NCBI RefSeq assembly: GCF_016433145.1
Contig: NC_058133.1
Span: 380,743,736-380,807,735, forward strand
Reading direction: 5' to 3'
DNA from: Gracilinanus agilis
Taxonomy: Eukaryota
DNA length: 64,000 bases
The notes beneath the pieces were generated by a model that was given only the letters and a program-made list of their open reading frames with translations, did no database searches and had not been told where the DNA came from. Shown one piece after another: positions 11,692 to 24,249 of this stretch. The first letter of the stretch is position 1; every line of letters begins with the position of its first letter. A program made the translations under genes and the position numbers.

Positions 11692-12389
11692 GTTATTTTG
11701 ATGCTCATGCGCTTGCCATGGATTTCATGAGCATTGGATTCCGGGAATGCTTAACTGAAGTTGCAAGGTACTTGAGCTCAGTGGAAGGTCTGGACACATC
11801 GGATCCTCTGAGAGTTCGACTTGTCTCTCATCTCAGTACCTGTGCCTCTCAGAGGGAGGCAGCTGCCATGACTAGCTCCATGGCCCACCATCATCATCAT
11901 CCTCTACACCCACATCACTGGACGGCTGCTTTTCACCATCTTCCTAATGCCTTGCTTCAACAGAATGGACTCCATGCCTCAGAAACCACACCTTGCCGAC
12001 TCTCCACTGCATCAGAAGTGCCTCCCCCTTCCCACGGCTCAGCTCTTCTCACGGCCACTTTTGCTCATGCCGACTCTGCACTTCGAATGCCTTCCACGGG
12101 CAGCGTGGCTCCCTGTGTTCCGCCTCTCTCTACTTCTCTCCTGTCCCTCTCCGCCACCGTCCATGCTGCTGCCGCAGCAGCCACAGCAGCAGCTCATAGC
12201 TTCCCCCTTTCCTTCGCAGGAGCCTTCCCCATGCTCCCACCGAATGCAGCAGCAGCTGCTGCAGTGGCAGCTGCAACCGCCATCAGCCCACCTTTATCTG
12301 TGTCAGCAACTTCCAGTCCCCAGCAGACAGGCGGTGGAACAAACAGTAAACCTTACCGACCTTGGGGGACAGAAGTTGGAGCTTTTTAA
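11692..12389 (+). CDS. HEY2: HEY2 coding exon 5: Orange domain, His and Ala tracts, C-terminal YRPW and TEVGAF; stop TAA
   Basis: Pyrimidine tract ending tctttcAG; YFDAHALAMDFMSIGFRECLTEVARYL...KPYRPWGTEVGAF*; exons sum to 1026 nt = 341 aa plus stop. Confidence 0.99.
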
Positions 12390-13950
12390 TATTCCCTGGA
12401 AGCTTTCTACTAGACTTTTGGCAGTAGTAACTGAATGTCCTTCATTTCAGTCAGCATAAAGGCCTGCACCCTAAAGGTAACAGCCATGACAGATGCTGGA
12501 AAATCCACCAAGGAACAAAAACACTGTTTTTAGACACAGATCTCACAAGAAGAAATGATGTTACCTTTTTTTCTTCTTTGTTTTTGCTTAAGGCTTCTTG
12601 TTAGCCAACATCAGTGAGCTTTTGAGAATGTCACACTCTTGTTACCTTTGCAAAGTTTATGAGGGAAATATACAGATCCCTGAGATAATCGTCCAGCTAT
12701 TCATCTTCTCATGTGTGTGTGTGTGTGTATGTGTTGGGGAAGAAAATACTCCCTGGAATTCTCCCGAGGCTGGATGAAAAACACACAATTTCAAGTTTCA
12801 TAAGTGCCTGAGTTATTCAATATTTTCTTCAGAAAGAAATAACATTGCACAAGAAAATAAGGTAGAGAGGTATGGGTTAAGAAATAAGAAGGGAGGGAGT
12901 ACTGCGTTAGGCTAACAGACATTTGATACATTTCCAGGGAAGAGTGCACTGTTAAAACCAACAGAATTATTTAGCTAAAAGGAGTTACTGAGAAATAATT
13001 TTCAGGTTGAAAGGCCTAGTTTTATCTTACCTAGTTTACTTTCTTTGTACAGACTTGCCAAGTGGTGACATCTAGCATAGCATTGGTATAAGCAATTATC
13101 CTATCAGTGCTTGGATTAACAAACAATTCAGCACCACTTGCAAGCCTTCAGGCGCTTTTTAAAAAATTGGCTTAAAATTTGATGCTTCTTCATAGTGCAC
13201 CTATGTATGTGTGTGTGTCTATACACACATACACACACATACTTTACATATATGTGTCTGTGTGTGTATATGTGTAATGGCCTACTAAGTGCCCACTGGA
13301 GGATATTTGATTCTTGCCAATACAAAAAAACTCCTTTGTAAGATGTTAAATTAACTTATTTAGTTGCATTTGGACTATTTTTATATATATTATATATACT
13401 TTTCATTGCCTCCTGATAACATGCAAAATTTTATTCTGTCACTTTTGAGGGAGATTGTAATTTCTGGAGATGACAGATGATGAGATGGATAGGGAGCATT
13501 AGGAAAAGAAAAGGCACTATTTTTTTTAAGTTGCTCTTTCCCAAATTCACTAATATCATTTGATTCCAAACCAAGATGAATGTATTAAATGTGATGCCAG
13601 TAAATTATTTTATGTCCATACCCAAACAAATAGTGCTACACAATGGTGTTTTGGTTTGTTTTGCTTTTGTTTTATGACATAAAATAATCTCTTAATACAT
13701 TGAATCAAGCACGTGAGATTTTATGTTTTGGAAAATAAAGACACAGCATGTATTATGCACTTGATTTCTCTGCTGTGTGGAGAAAGCAATAAACATTATG
13801 AGAATGTTAAACATTATGCAAAATATACTTTAAAATATTTGTTTTAAAAATACTGTACCTAGTCTTGTTTTTTTGCATTACTTTGTAACTTTTTTCTATG
13901 CAAATGTCTTTACATATCACTAATTAAATGAATTCCTTTTTTGACTGTTG
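12390..13950 (+). other. HEY2: HEY2 3' UTR (end approximate); candidate poly(A) signals AATAAA 13734-13739 and 13788-13793, ATTAAA 13923-13928
   Basis: Repeat-free AU-rich stretch after the stop; hexamers read directly, the last followed by T/GT-rich sequence. Confidence 0.65.
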
Positions 13951-14685
13951 TTATGGATGAATTGAAATTGTTTGCCACTGCAGAATAGAAAACCTAGATG
14001 GATTGAAAATTAAGGCTACTTTCCCTAACAAATTTTAAGCTAAGACTTTTCCTCTTCCTAATTCTTTTTATTAGCTGATTCTTGTTGCAATTTGTTTGAA
14101 TCTTAAAAATTCTAAGCCTACCTAACAATTTACTTCTTAGGCTCTTAAATTCTGTGACTGATGTGACATTATTGTGAAGAATGAATCAATTCTTTCTATT
14201 TACCTATTTCTCAGGAAAAGATGTATGGTAGTCATCTCTTCTTAGAAATAAGTGTAAAAATGGTTCTAAATAGAAATAACCAATTAAAAATGACCTAAGT
14301 ATGCAGTGATAGAAAGAATATGACCCCAAAATTATGTATCTCAAGGTAATTTGTAGTTTTAATATGCATACATACAAACAAAATACTATGCTTTCCCTTT
14401 GTGCTTCTGCGGGTGTGTTTTCTTTCCCTCTTTGTAACATTGAAACTTGGGAAGTATATTACTAATAACAGGGAAATAGCAATTTAAACAATGCAAAAAA
14501 TTAATAGAATGAGATTTTTTTTCCTTTTTATTTCTATATTTGCTATGAGTACCCCATTTGTACTTAGTCTTTCAGGTACAACCTTATATTGTTCAAGTTT
14601 CCTAATATCTATACCCGGATCTGTCCATTTTCACATTTGGTTCCAAATTTATCTTTAATCCAGTTGTGGATATGATCTCATCTTG

Positions 14686-15935
14686 CAATACACAGTAATG
14701 ATAAAACTGAATGTGAATGGGATGAACTCACCCATAAAATGGAAGTATTTAGCAGAGTGGATTAAAAACCAGAATCCTACAATATGTTGTTTACAAGAAA
14801 CACATCTGAGGCAAGGTGACACAGATTAAAGGTAAAAGGCTGGATCAGAATTTATTATGCATCATCTAAAGTTAAGAAAGCAGGAGTAGCAATCATGATA
14901 CCAGACAAAGCTAAAATTGACATTGATCTGATTGAAAGAGATAAGGAAGGAAATTACAGTTTGCTAAAAGGTACTATAAACAATGAAGTAATATAATTTC
15001 TAAACATTTATTCACCAAAAGTTATAGCATCTAGATTTCTAAAGGAGAAATTAAAGGAGCTCAAGGAGGAAATAGTAAAACCATACCAGTGGGGGACCTC
15101 AACTTTTACCCTTTCAGAACTAGATAAATTGAACCAAAAAATAAATAAGAAAGAAGGGAAGTGAATGAAATGTTAGAAGAATTAGAGTTAATAGATACCT
15201 GGAGAAAACTAAACATGGATAAAAAGGAATATACCTTCTCATCAGTACATTGTACATATACAAAGATCAACCATGTATTAAGACATAAAAACATTGCAAA
15301 CATGCAGAAATAATAAATGCAACTTTTTCAGATAATATGATAAAAATTATAATTAATAAGAATCCATGGAAAGGCAAATTTAATATTAATTGGAAACTAT
15401 TAATTCTTAAAAACTGGTGGGTCAAAAAACAAAATCATAGAAACAATTGCTGACTTCATTGAAGAGAATGAGGAGGAGGAGACAGCATCAAAATCTATGG
15501 GATTCAGCCAAAGCAGAGGAAAATTTATATCTCTGAGTGCCTATATCAACAAAATAAGAGAGAAAGGAGATCAATAAATCCTTAACTTAAAAAATTAGAG
15601 ACTAAACTAAAAACAACTTTAAAAATTAGAGAACAAGATTGAGAGTTGGGCCTAGAGACAGGAGGTCCTAGGTTCAAATCGGGCCTCAGACACTTCCCAG
15701 CTGTGTGACCCTGGGCAAGTCACTTGACCCCCACTGCCCACCTTACCACTCTTCCACCAAGGAGCCAATACAGAGAAGTTAAGGGTTAAAAAAAAATTAG
15801 AGAACAAACTAAACATCCCCAGATAAAAACTAAATTGGAAATCCTAAAAATTAAAGGAGAAATTAATAAAATTGAAAGTAAAAAAAAAAAAACAATTGAA
15901 CTAATAAATAAGACCAGGCATTTGTACTTTGAAAT
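14686..15935 (+). mobile_element. Degraded LINE-1 ORF2 endonuclease fragment
   Basis: Translates to LNVNGMNSPIKW...EWIKNQNPTICCLQETHL...KAGVAIMIPDK, with stops and frameshifts. Confidence 0.92.
15637..15791 (+). mobile_element. 5'-truncated SINE1_Mdo-type SINE nested in the L1
   Basis: TSD AAAAATTAGAGAACAA at 15621-15636 and 15792-15807. Confidence 0.9.
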
Positions 15936-15949
15936 AATCTCATCTTAAT

Positions 15950-16380
15950 TCAAATCAACAAACATTTATTAAAACATCCCTTGCTAGACACTTGCTTTGC
16001 AAAGAAGGAGTGGAGGGAGCCTGTTGCAGTCAAGGAATTTGGTTTCATTGAGAAAGAAATCATGTAAATAATTTTGTAGGAAGAAGACATGCAAGACAAT
16101 TGGAGATGATCTCAGAGGGAAGACATTAATGTTAAAGGAGATCAAAATGATTTCTTGCAGAAAGTGGAGTTTTAGCTGGGACTTGAAGGAAGCCAGAAAG
16201 TGAGGAGTTAGAAAATTCCAGGCATGATGGATAACTGGTGAAAATGCAAAGTCAGGAGAGGGAATGTCTTGTACAAGGGACAACAAAGAGACTAAAGGAG
16301 AGTTCAATGTAACTAGGTAAAAAGGGATCAAGTTACAAAAGGCTTTAAAAGCCAAAGAGGATTTTATATGTAATCCTCTG
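15950..16380 (+). mobile_element. L2 LINE 3' remnant
   Basis: ttcaaatcaacaaacatttatta start and purine-rich L2-type body. Confidence 0.55.
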
Positions 16381-17914
16381 TTGTGATTATTTCAAATTAA
16401 TCCTATACAGAGATTGTGTTTAATAGTTTGTTTTCATATTGTCTCCCCCATTAGATTATGAGCTCCTTGAAAGTAGAGACTTTTACATTTCTTGTATTCC
16501 CCCTGCTTTGTACAGCACCTGGCTCATAGACAATTAATAGATGTTTGTAATTGGCTGATCTTGGAGGCAATAGGAAATCCCTGGAGTTAATTAAATAGGG
16601 GAGCAAAATAGTCAAATCTGTACTTTGGGAAGGTCAGTTTGATAACTCAATAGATAATGGATTGGAGTATGAAGAGATGAGGGAGGAGGGGCCAAACAAA
16701 CATTGGAGGAACATCAAGTGTGGCTGTTCACATTGTTTCAACTTATGAAAAAAGGAAATGGAAAGTTTATCCTCAGTTTATTCTTATCTGTGGATGATCC
16801 TGGGCCATGAAGTAAAACTGAATTGCATGTTCAGTCCTGTTATCATTAAAATGACCTTCTGATGGTAGTTTTAATGAGGTGGGGTAAGAGGGAGTAAGGA
16901 ATACTTTAAATTTCAGGTTACAAAATAGTTTTCAAATAGAGTCTAAATATTGCTTCTTAACCAATTGAGAGACAAAAATCACAAATTCACAATAAAAAAA
17001 TTTACAAGGTGTTAAACATGATCTTTACTTGAAATAAGTGACTCAGACACAGATACGCCTTCATTGCACACAAAAAGTCAGTTACTTAAGAGAGATCACT
17101 TTGGGATGGGGGTGAGATTCTGCATCAAGGATTTGGCTTCTGGCTCACCACGGGAGAGCCAAGGAAACGTTCACTTGGTTGATGTCTCACCTGGAGTCAA
17201 AGCATTACAACAAAATATACAGGAAACTAGGGATTCTTCCAAGTTTACTTCCAAGGCCTATTATTACTTTAGCAGCAACCAAACAGCTTAAGATTGATTG
17301 TAGTTACATTCTTGTGCTGGCCAGCCACAACTTATAATCAGAAGTGCCTTAAGTGACCCCCTCCCCCACCAACAGGAGCTACTTTGAGATATATATTGCT
17401 TGTATAAGGATGATATTAAAAAATAAGTATTGTTTTATTTGTTTAAAGATAAGAAGCAGAGAAGCTGGCTTGAGGAAGAATTGGAGTTTCAAACAGAGCT
17501 GAGAGAGGGTGATAATTTCAACTGTCGGCAGCTAAAACAATTATTTCTATAACAGTTACACACTCTGGGTGTGGCATTCCAGGAGTGGCTTCTGGCAGTT
17601 GACAAAGCCACACGCAACTACTTCCTCTCTCAGGGCTGGAGAAGGTAACATCTTTGCCTCTCTCTATCTCGGTCTGAGGGAAAGACTTGAAGGAGGAGAA
17701 TGTTTTCTTTTTCAACTTGGGAAACGCTATTATTCATTTATCTGTTACTGTCTATAGATTGGTTAAACTGTAAAAAGACTGAACAAAAGCTGGTCTTTGT
17801 TTTGGACTCTGAGTCTGTTAAGGCTCAGAGTCCTAACCTGATTCTTGTGGAGAATGGACCAGCTAGCCTTGGTTATCTTTGTAACTTAAAGGCGAAGTTA
17901 AGAATTAGAGTGGT

Positions 17915-18118
17915 GGGGCAGCTGGGTAACTCAGTGGATTGAGAATCAGGCCTAGAGACAGAAGGTCCTGGGTTCAAATCTGGCCTCAGACACTTCCCAG
18001 CTGTGTGACCCTGGGCAAATCACTTGACCCCCATTGCCCACCCTTACCACTCTTCCACCTAGGAGCCAATACACAGAAGTTAAGGGTTTAAAAAAAATTA
18101 AAAAATAAAAAAGAATAA
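17915..18118 (+). mobile_element. SINE1_Mdo-type SINE
   Basis: Full head and tail; TSD AAGAATTAGAGTGGT at 17900-17914 and 18119-18133. Confidence 0.92.
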
Positions 18119-19489
18119 AAGAATTAGAGTGGTTAGGTTTATTTAGAATAGTATACATTTGGTTAGTTAGATCTGGGAGGATTAGCATTGCCTGTGAACC
18201 ACAGGAGAAGCGGTTCCTTGAGGGACCTGGGAGTTTATTTGGGTGGAGTTAGAATCCCTTAGAATTAGAAATCCTTTTTCTCTTATATATATTTAAATAA
18301 ATCATTTATTTTTCATAAACAAGAGTCCCTTTAGTGTTCCTTATGCCTTGCATTGCTTGCCTATTTTATTTTTACACTTGTGAATTACTTGTCCAGGATT
18401 ATTTTCCTCTATATCAGACATTGATTCACCTTCTTTAAACCCAAAAGCCAATATTAATTGATCTGACCTTGAATTTTATTTTGTCCACTTATAGTAGTAA
18501 CCAATAAGCAAAACAAATGCCTTCTTACTTAAAATACCTTCTTAGCAATTGTTAATGTTATCAAGATGCCTATTAGTAATGAGTACAATAATTTCTCATA
18601 CCCTTATAAGGTGTGGTGTACCAATTATAAAGAAAATTAAAGAGATCATTGTTCTAGTCTTCTATCAAGTAATTATATGGAAGGTATTTTAAGAATACAG
18701 TCTACTTTCGTGCAGACTTTGGTTATGAAACAATTCAAATTAGCTTCTTGAAATGTCATACCCATTGCTTACTTCCATGCTCACTATCTTGGCAACATTG
18801 CTCTTCTTCACTCTACTGAATTTCTTTAGGTTGCCTTTGTCCAAAAGATACTCACCTCCCTAGACATCAACACAACATCAGAAACTCAGCAACAGTTGAA
18901 AAGAATGAGATCCGAGATTCAGAATTTAGCTCAGACAGTATAGGAAGCAACTATTTTTTGTATCCAGGGAAAGATGATTGAGCTTTTCTTGGCAAAGTAT
19001 GAGAAGTGGCCACTGATGGACTTCTCATCTATTTTAACATACCTATACACATAGTCATCACATGGTATTTTATACTATGACCTTCAGGAAGTTGATCTTT
19101 TAAAGGTTATTAAAGCTGGATTTAAAATCAGAATTCAATGAGATTGTAACTAAGACATTGGTAGAGTGTCACCAAGATAGGACAAGTGAATACAATTCTG
19201 CATTAGTGGGGAAAAATACATGCAACACCTACACTGCAAAAATGAGTTGCCTTGTCAAAGCACTGATAGGGGAAAACTAGACAATAATAATAATAGCTAA
19301 CATTTATATGGCACTACATGCCAGGCACTGTGTTAAGTGCTTTCGCTTATGTCATTTTATCATCACAACAAACATGGGAGATAGATGCTATTATATTTCC
19401 CATGTTACAGTCAAGGAAACCAAGGCAGACAGAGATTAAGTGACTTGTGCAGGGTTACATATCTAGCAAGTGTCAGGTCATATTTGAAT

Positions 19490-19860
19490 TGTGGTGCTGG
19501 AGAAAACTTGAGAGTCCTTTGGACTCTCAAAGGAGATCAAATCAATCCTTAAAGAAATTAATTCAGACTATTCACTGGAAGGTCAAATACTAAAACTGAA
19601 GCTAAGATAATTTGGCCACTTAATGAGAAGACAGGACGCATTGGAACAGACCTTGTTTCTAGGAAAGACTGAAGGAAAAACAAAAAAGGGATGGTAGAGG
19701 AGTTGATAGATATAGATAGTTTCATGAAAGCAATGAACATCAGCTTGGACACACTTCAAGAGAAAGTGGAGAATAGAAGATCATGGCATGCAATACAGTC
19801 CATGGGGGAAAAGAGACTCAACTGAACCACAGAACAGCTGAACAACTGAACAACAACAAA
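19490..19860 (+). mobile_element. RTE/BovB-like LINE 3' fragment nested in a MIR
   Basis: ttcactggaagg...ctgaagct...tttggccactta...cagtccatggg and a (CAA)n-type tail resemble the BovB 3' end. Confidence 0.8.
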
Positions 19861-20286
19861 TCCTGACTCCGGGCCTATTGCTTCATCCACTGCCACCTAG
19901 CTGCTTCTAAAGATGTATATATAAGTACATTTATAACTCTCCTATCTAAGATACTAGTTCCCAATTATCTATAGTGCTAGTTCTGAAAGAAAGCAAACTT
20001 AAATGGAAAATATTTCTCAAAACAATTCTTTTGTATATAAATCTAACAAGTAATGTGTGAGACCACCATGTTATTAAAGCACCATGTTATATCCTTACAC
20101 GAGTATGCACTGCATGACAATAAATGCAGCAACCTTTAGTTATCTCCTGGATATGTCACTGGCAGCTTCAAGGTCATGTTACTTTATGATCAACTTGGAC
20201 TATTCATCATGGTGTGATGCTTTTCATCTAGACCAGTGATGGGCAAGCTTTTTAAAGAGAGAGCCAAAGGAAAGGAAATGCTCATC

Positions 20287-20836
20287 TGTAAGGATGGGAT
20301 TTGTGCAAAGGGGATGGGACAAAAGGAGCCATAAGAAGGCAGTTGATGACAATTACTGACAGTTGATACCAGAGAGAATTCTGGAAGGTCTCCGGAGGAA
20401 GGAGGATAAGAGAGCTTCGGGCAGAGGACTGGGTCCCTGAATTGTGATTAATAAAAGCCATTCATCAGTCGGACAGCATTCCAGAGTGTCTGAGAGACAA
20501 TGAGGGAGAGGGGAACCACAGCTTGGTCTGGCTGCCTCCATCTTGAAGCTGGACCACCCATGGCAAATTTAACTGACAGAGGAGGTTTGTGGGTACCCCA
20601 TCCTTATTCAGAATTGGATTGAGGTACCACATACCTCATCTTATAGGGAAACCTTGTCCCCAACTCCTGAGGGGCAGCACGACCATCCAGGTCACCCAGT
20701 TTCAGGGCGACACCCCTTTAAAGTCTCCCAGTATATATTCAGCCCCAGGGGAGAGCTAGAAGAAACACTCACCATATAGATTCTCTCTATCTTCCTTTCA
20801 ACCAAACATCGGTTATTGGATCTCTTTATTGTTACA
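20287..20836. mobile_element. Solo LTR-like element (550 bp)
   Basis: TGTAAGG ... GTTACA termini; TATA-like tatatattcagcccc; GC-richer than flanks. Confidence 0.7.
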
Positions 20837-20864
20837 ATCATGGTGTGATGCTTTTCATCTAGAC

Positions 20865-21068
20865 CAGTGATGGGCAAGCTTTTTAAAGAGGGAGCCAAAG
20901 GAAAGGAAATGCTTATCTGTCAGTGTGTTTCTAAGGCAACTCTTTCAAAGTTTCATTGTATTGTATCCTGCTCATTGTATTCATCAGATTAGGAATAATG
21001 TCGCAGGGCAGGATAGAACATTTCAGGGAGCCACATCTGGCCCATGAGCTGTAGTTTGCCCATCACTG
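20865..21068. mobile_element. Intact hAT MITE (204 bp)
   Basis: 16-bp TIRs CAGTGATGGGCAAGCT / AGTTTGCCCATCACTG (1 mismatch); perfect 8-bp TSD ATCTAGAC at 20857-20864 and 21069-21076. Confidence 0.95.
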
Positions 21069-22475
21069 ATCTAGACCATTAAACCCTCTGCTATGAGCTT
21101 GATAAAATGGTTGTGTTGCCTCATTTTTTCCATACAGGGATTCCAATATCTTATTTTATCCCATTTATAATTTAAACTGATTTAACCCACTGAGATAACT
21201 AAGTAATTTACCCCTGGAGTATTATATTGTATGTTAAAGAAGCAAGGATATCAGGGGATAATAAATATTAATAAAATTTTTATTTTTCATATTTATATAT
21301 TTATTCTATTTATATATTCATATTTGTTTTATTATATATTTATTAGTATAGCATTATATATAAAATGTAAATGTAATTAAAATAATAAGAATAAAATAAA
21401 GAATAAAGAAAATCTTTGGACAATATTGATACCTTTCTGAGAGATGTTGGTGCTCTCAGAAGGTGAAGTCATATTGAGGCTTGAGTGATAATCATCCTAT
21501 TTTGATTAAGTGTTCATGAGATGAGAACAGAAAACTACCCTACACCCTACACTACAGCAATTATCTACAAAGAGCTGCAGTTCTTGTTGGACATGACTTC
21601 AGGCTTAAGGAATTTTGGCCTCTGACTACTTGTATGAATACAGAAAAAAAAGTCTTTTAAAAGAACATTTGTACCTAGTGCTCTGCAACAGATACATAAA
21701 CTGTCTAGTAGAGTAGAGAAAAAACTAAGGCTGTTGTGCAGAATCTGTAGGGACAACAAGGTAGCAGAGTAGATAGAGTATCAGGCATGGAGTCAGAAAG
21801 ACGAGTTCAAATGTGGCCTTATACACTTACTGGGTGACTCTGGGCAAGTCTCTTAACTCTTCCCTGGTTTCCTTATCTGTAAAATAAGTTGGAGAAGGAA
21901 AAACAAAACATATCTTTGCAAAGTCCCAAAAGAGGTCATAAAGAGTCAGACACAGTTGAAATGAACCATGAAATGAACTATCAATAGTACCCAATGTGCC
22001 TATTCTGACTAATTTTTGGCATTTGCTATCAAAAGATTCTCTTCTACTATGCAAAATTTTTTACTGAGATTCCCAGGGAGATGATAGAAGATGAAGGTCT
22101 CCTTCTAACAAAAAGACCCATATCAGGTGAGTTACCTTTGCCTGCTCTGTTATCAAATATGTATTTCCAGGGAGTGCAAGACCCACTCACACACAGATAT
22201 GTAATACTTCAAACTATGCTTTGAATTTGTTTCAGAGAGAAAACCAAGCTGTTCACATGACTATTGAGATTTAGGAATCAGAGACCTATAATTTTGAGAA
22301 TAAGACAAAAAACACACCAAATTATATCTTCAGATGATGTGGATAGTCAGCTACAAGTTCAGATTGGATATATGCAGAATTGCATCTGAAGGTATTACAA
22401 TACACTTTAGAGCAGTGATTCTTTCTACCACGTAGGTTTCTACACCCGTAAGTTTATACTCATGCTATATAACAG

Positions 22476-22692
22476 TTTTTTTTTTTGTTTTTTTTTTTGG
22501 TTTTTTTTTTTTATTTTAAACCCTTAACTTCTGTGCATTGACTTATAGGTGGAAGAGTGGTAAGGGTAGGCAATGGGGGTCAAGTGACTTGCCCAGGGTC
22601 ACACAGCTGGGAAGTGGCTGAGGCTGGATTTGAACCTAGGACCTCCCGCCTCTAGGCCTGGCTCTCAATCCACTGAGCTACCCAGCTGCCCC
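22476..22692 (-). mobile_element. SINE1_Mdo-type SINE
   Basis: Reverse head and tail, poly(T), TSD CTATATAACAGTTTT. Confidence 0.92.
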
Positions 22693-22944
22693 CTATATAA
22701 CAGTTTTATTTATTTCAACCTGTTGAACCTATAATGTACTAAAACTTCTACTCAAAATGGTCATATCTGCTCTATCTACAATCTGATAATATAAATAGCA
22801 TTTATATAGCATGTTAATGTTTGAAAAACCCTTAACATAGCTTGACTTCAGATTTTATTATCTCCATTTTACAGATGAAGAAACTGAGGCACATAGAAGT
22901 TAAATGACTTTCCTAGGGTCACTCAGATAACAAGTATCTGAGGC

Positions 22945-23258
22945 CAGGGGCATTGATATATCCATTGTGCAACATAATTTCTTCCATCATCAAAAGCAAA
23001 TCATGACATGTAGCATTGATTCCATGTGAATGGTATCACCTGGTGTTCGTGATGTTTTTTCTTAAACATTTTAATATTTAACAATTTTAATAGTTAATAT
23101 TTAAATATTTAATAAAATATTTTAATATTTGTAATTGGCTTCCTTTTTAATCTAATATATTTTATTTTATACAATTAGAAATATTCTGGGAAGGGCTATA
23201 AGCTTCACAAGACTATCAAAGGCATCCATGACACAGGAAAAGGTTGAAAACCCCTACC
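22945..23258. mobile_element. Old hAT-Charlie-type remnant with AT-rich core
   Basis: Right end ...gcttcacaagactatcaaaggcatccatgacacaggaaaaggttgaaaacccct resembles Charlie-family termini; left end uncertain. Confidence 0.45.
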
Positions 23259-24249
23259 TTAGAGGTTTGGTGGATATGAACCTTTAGGAACTCTTTTTGT
23301 TGAATATGATTTGAGAAAGGAATGGTTGGGAATGCCAGGCCCAGTGGGAAAGGATGTCAAGAACCAGATTCTCTGGTTTTTACTAGATGACTGCCACATT
23401 AGTAAGGTTTGCAAAGCACTTTATATTTCTTAGCTCATCTGCTCCTCACAACAAGTCCTGGAGATAGGTTCTATTATTATCCTCATTTTACAGATGAGGA
23501 AACCCAGGCACAGACTCCCTCAGGTTCACACAGCTAAGTAAGTGTCTGAGTTAGGATTTGAACCCAGGTCTTTCTGAATCCACATCCATCACTTTGTGTG
23601 TTGGTTCCCTGACTGGGAATCGACAATTGGCACCCAATGCCACAGAGGCAAGCACTCACACTGACTCTCTCAACAAGTTGGCTTACTCCACACTGAAGAT
23701 CTCTCTCTGTGTCCCTTGTCTGTTTAACCCATGACTCTCCTTCTCTAGTTCTTAAACCCTTCACCCTTGTTTTCCAGTCTTTAGCTTTCCTCCTCAGGTG
23801 ATTAAAACCCACATGAGAACTTTTTTGTAGAAGTTGGTCTGCTACATTGAGCACTGTGCCACCTAGCAGCCAAATTTATTCATTAATGAGGACTCAGAGA
23901 AACAAATAAAATAAGAGGGCTCCTGGCTGCTGAAGTACTTCTGTAACAATCCTTCTGACTTCTGGCTTCAATATATCTAATAGGAATGGGAGTGGGAGGG
24001 AAGATTGACCCTTCTCATAGTGCACTTCTTTTTGTTAATTCACTGAGGTAGAAAAACCAAAAAGGTAATAGTCTAAAAGAGGTTGTTGGCACTATATTTG
24101 TTAAGTTTTGAAGTCCATGCAAACTGACCCCATGATGTCCTAAGATATCATGAAAAGAAGGCATGTAGATTATATTTTCAATTCAATTCAATATTTATTT
24201 ATTAATCACCTTCTAGATACACAATTTCAGTAGGATTTAAGTATGCTAC

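Noticed and set aside
11947-12459. Alternative-frame ORFs (170 aa and 68 aa) overlapping exon 5
   Set aside because: Shadow frames of the Ala/Pro/Ser-rich HEY2 coding sequence
18850-18861. Perfect minus-strand donor GAG|GTGAGT preceded by an AG 4 nt upstream
   Set aside because: No plausible exon or partner sites; likely chance
21250-21420. Extremely AT-rich stretch
   Set aside because: Low complexity with no defined period or termini
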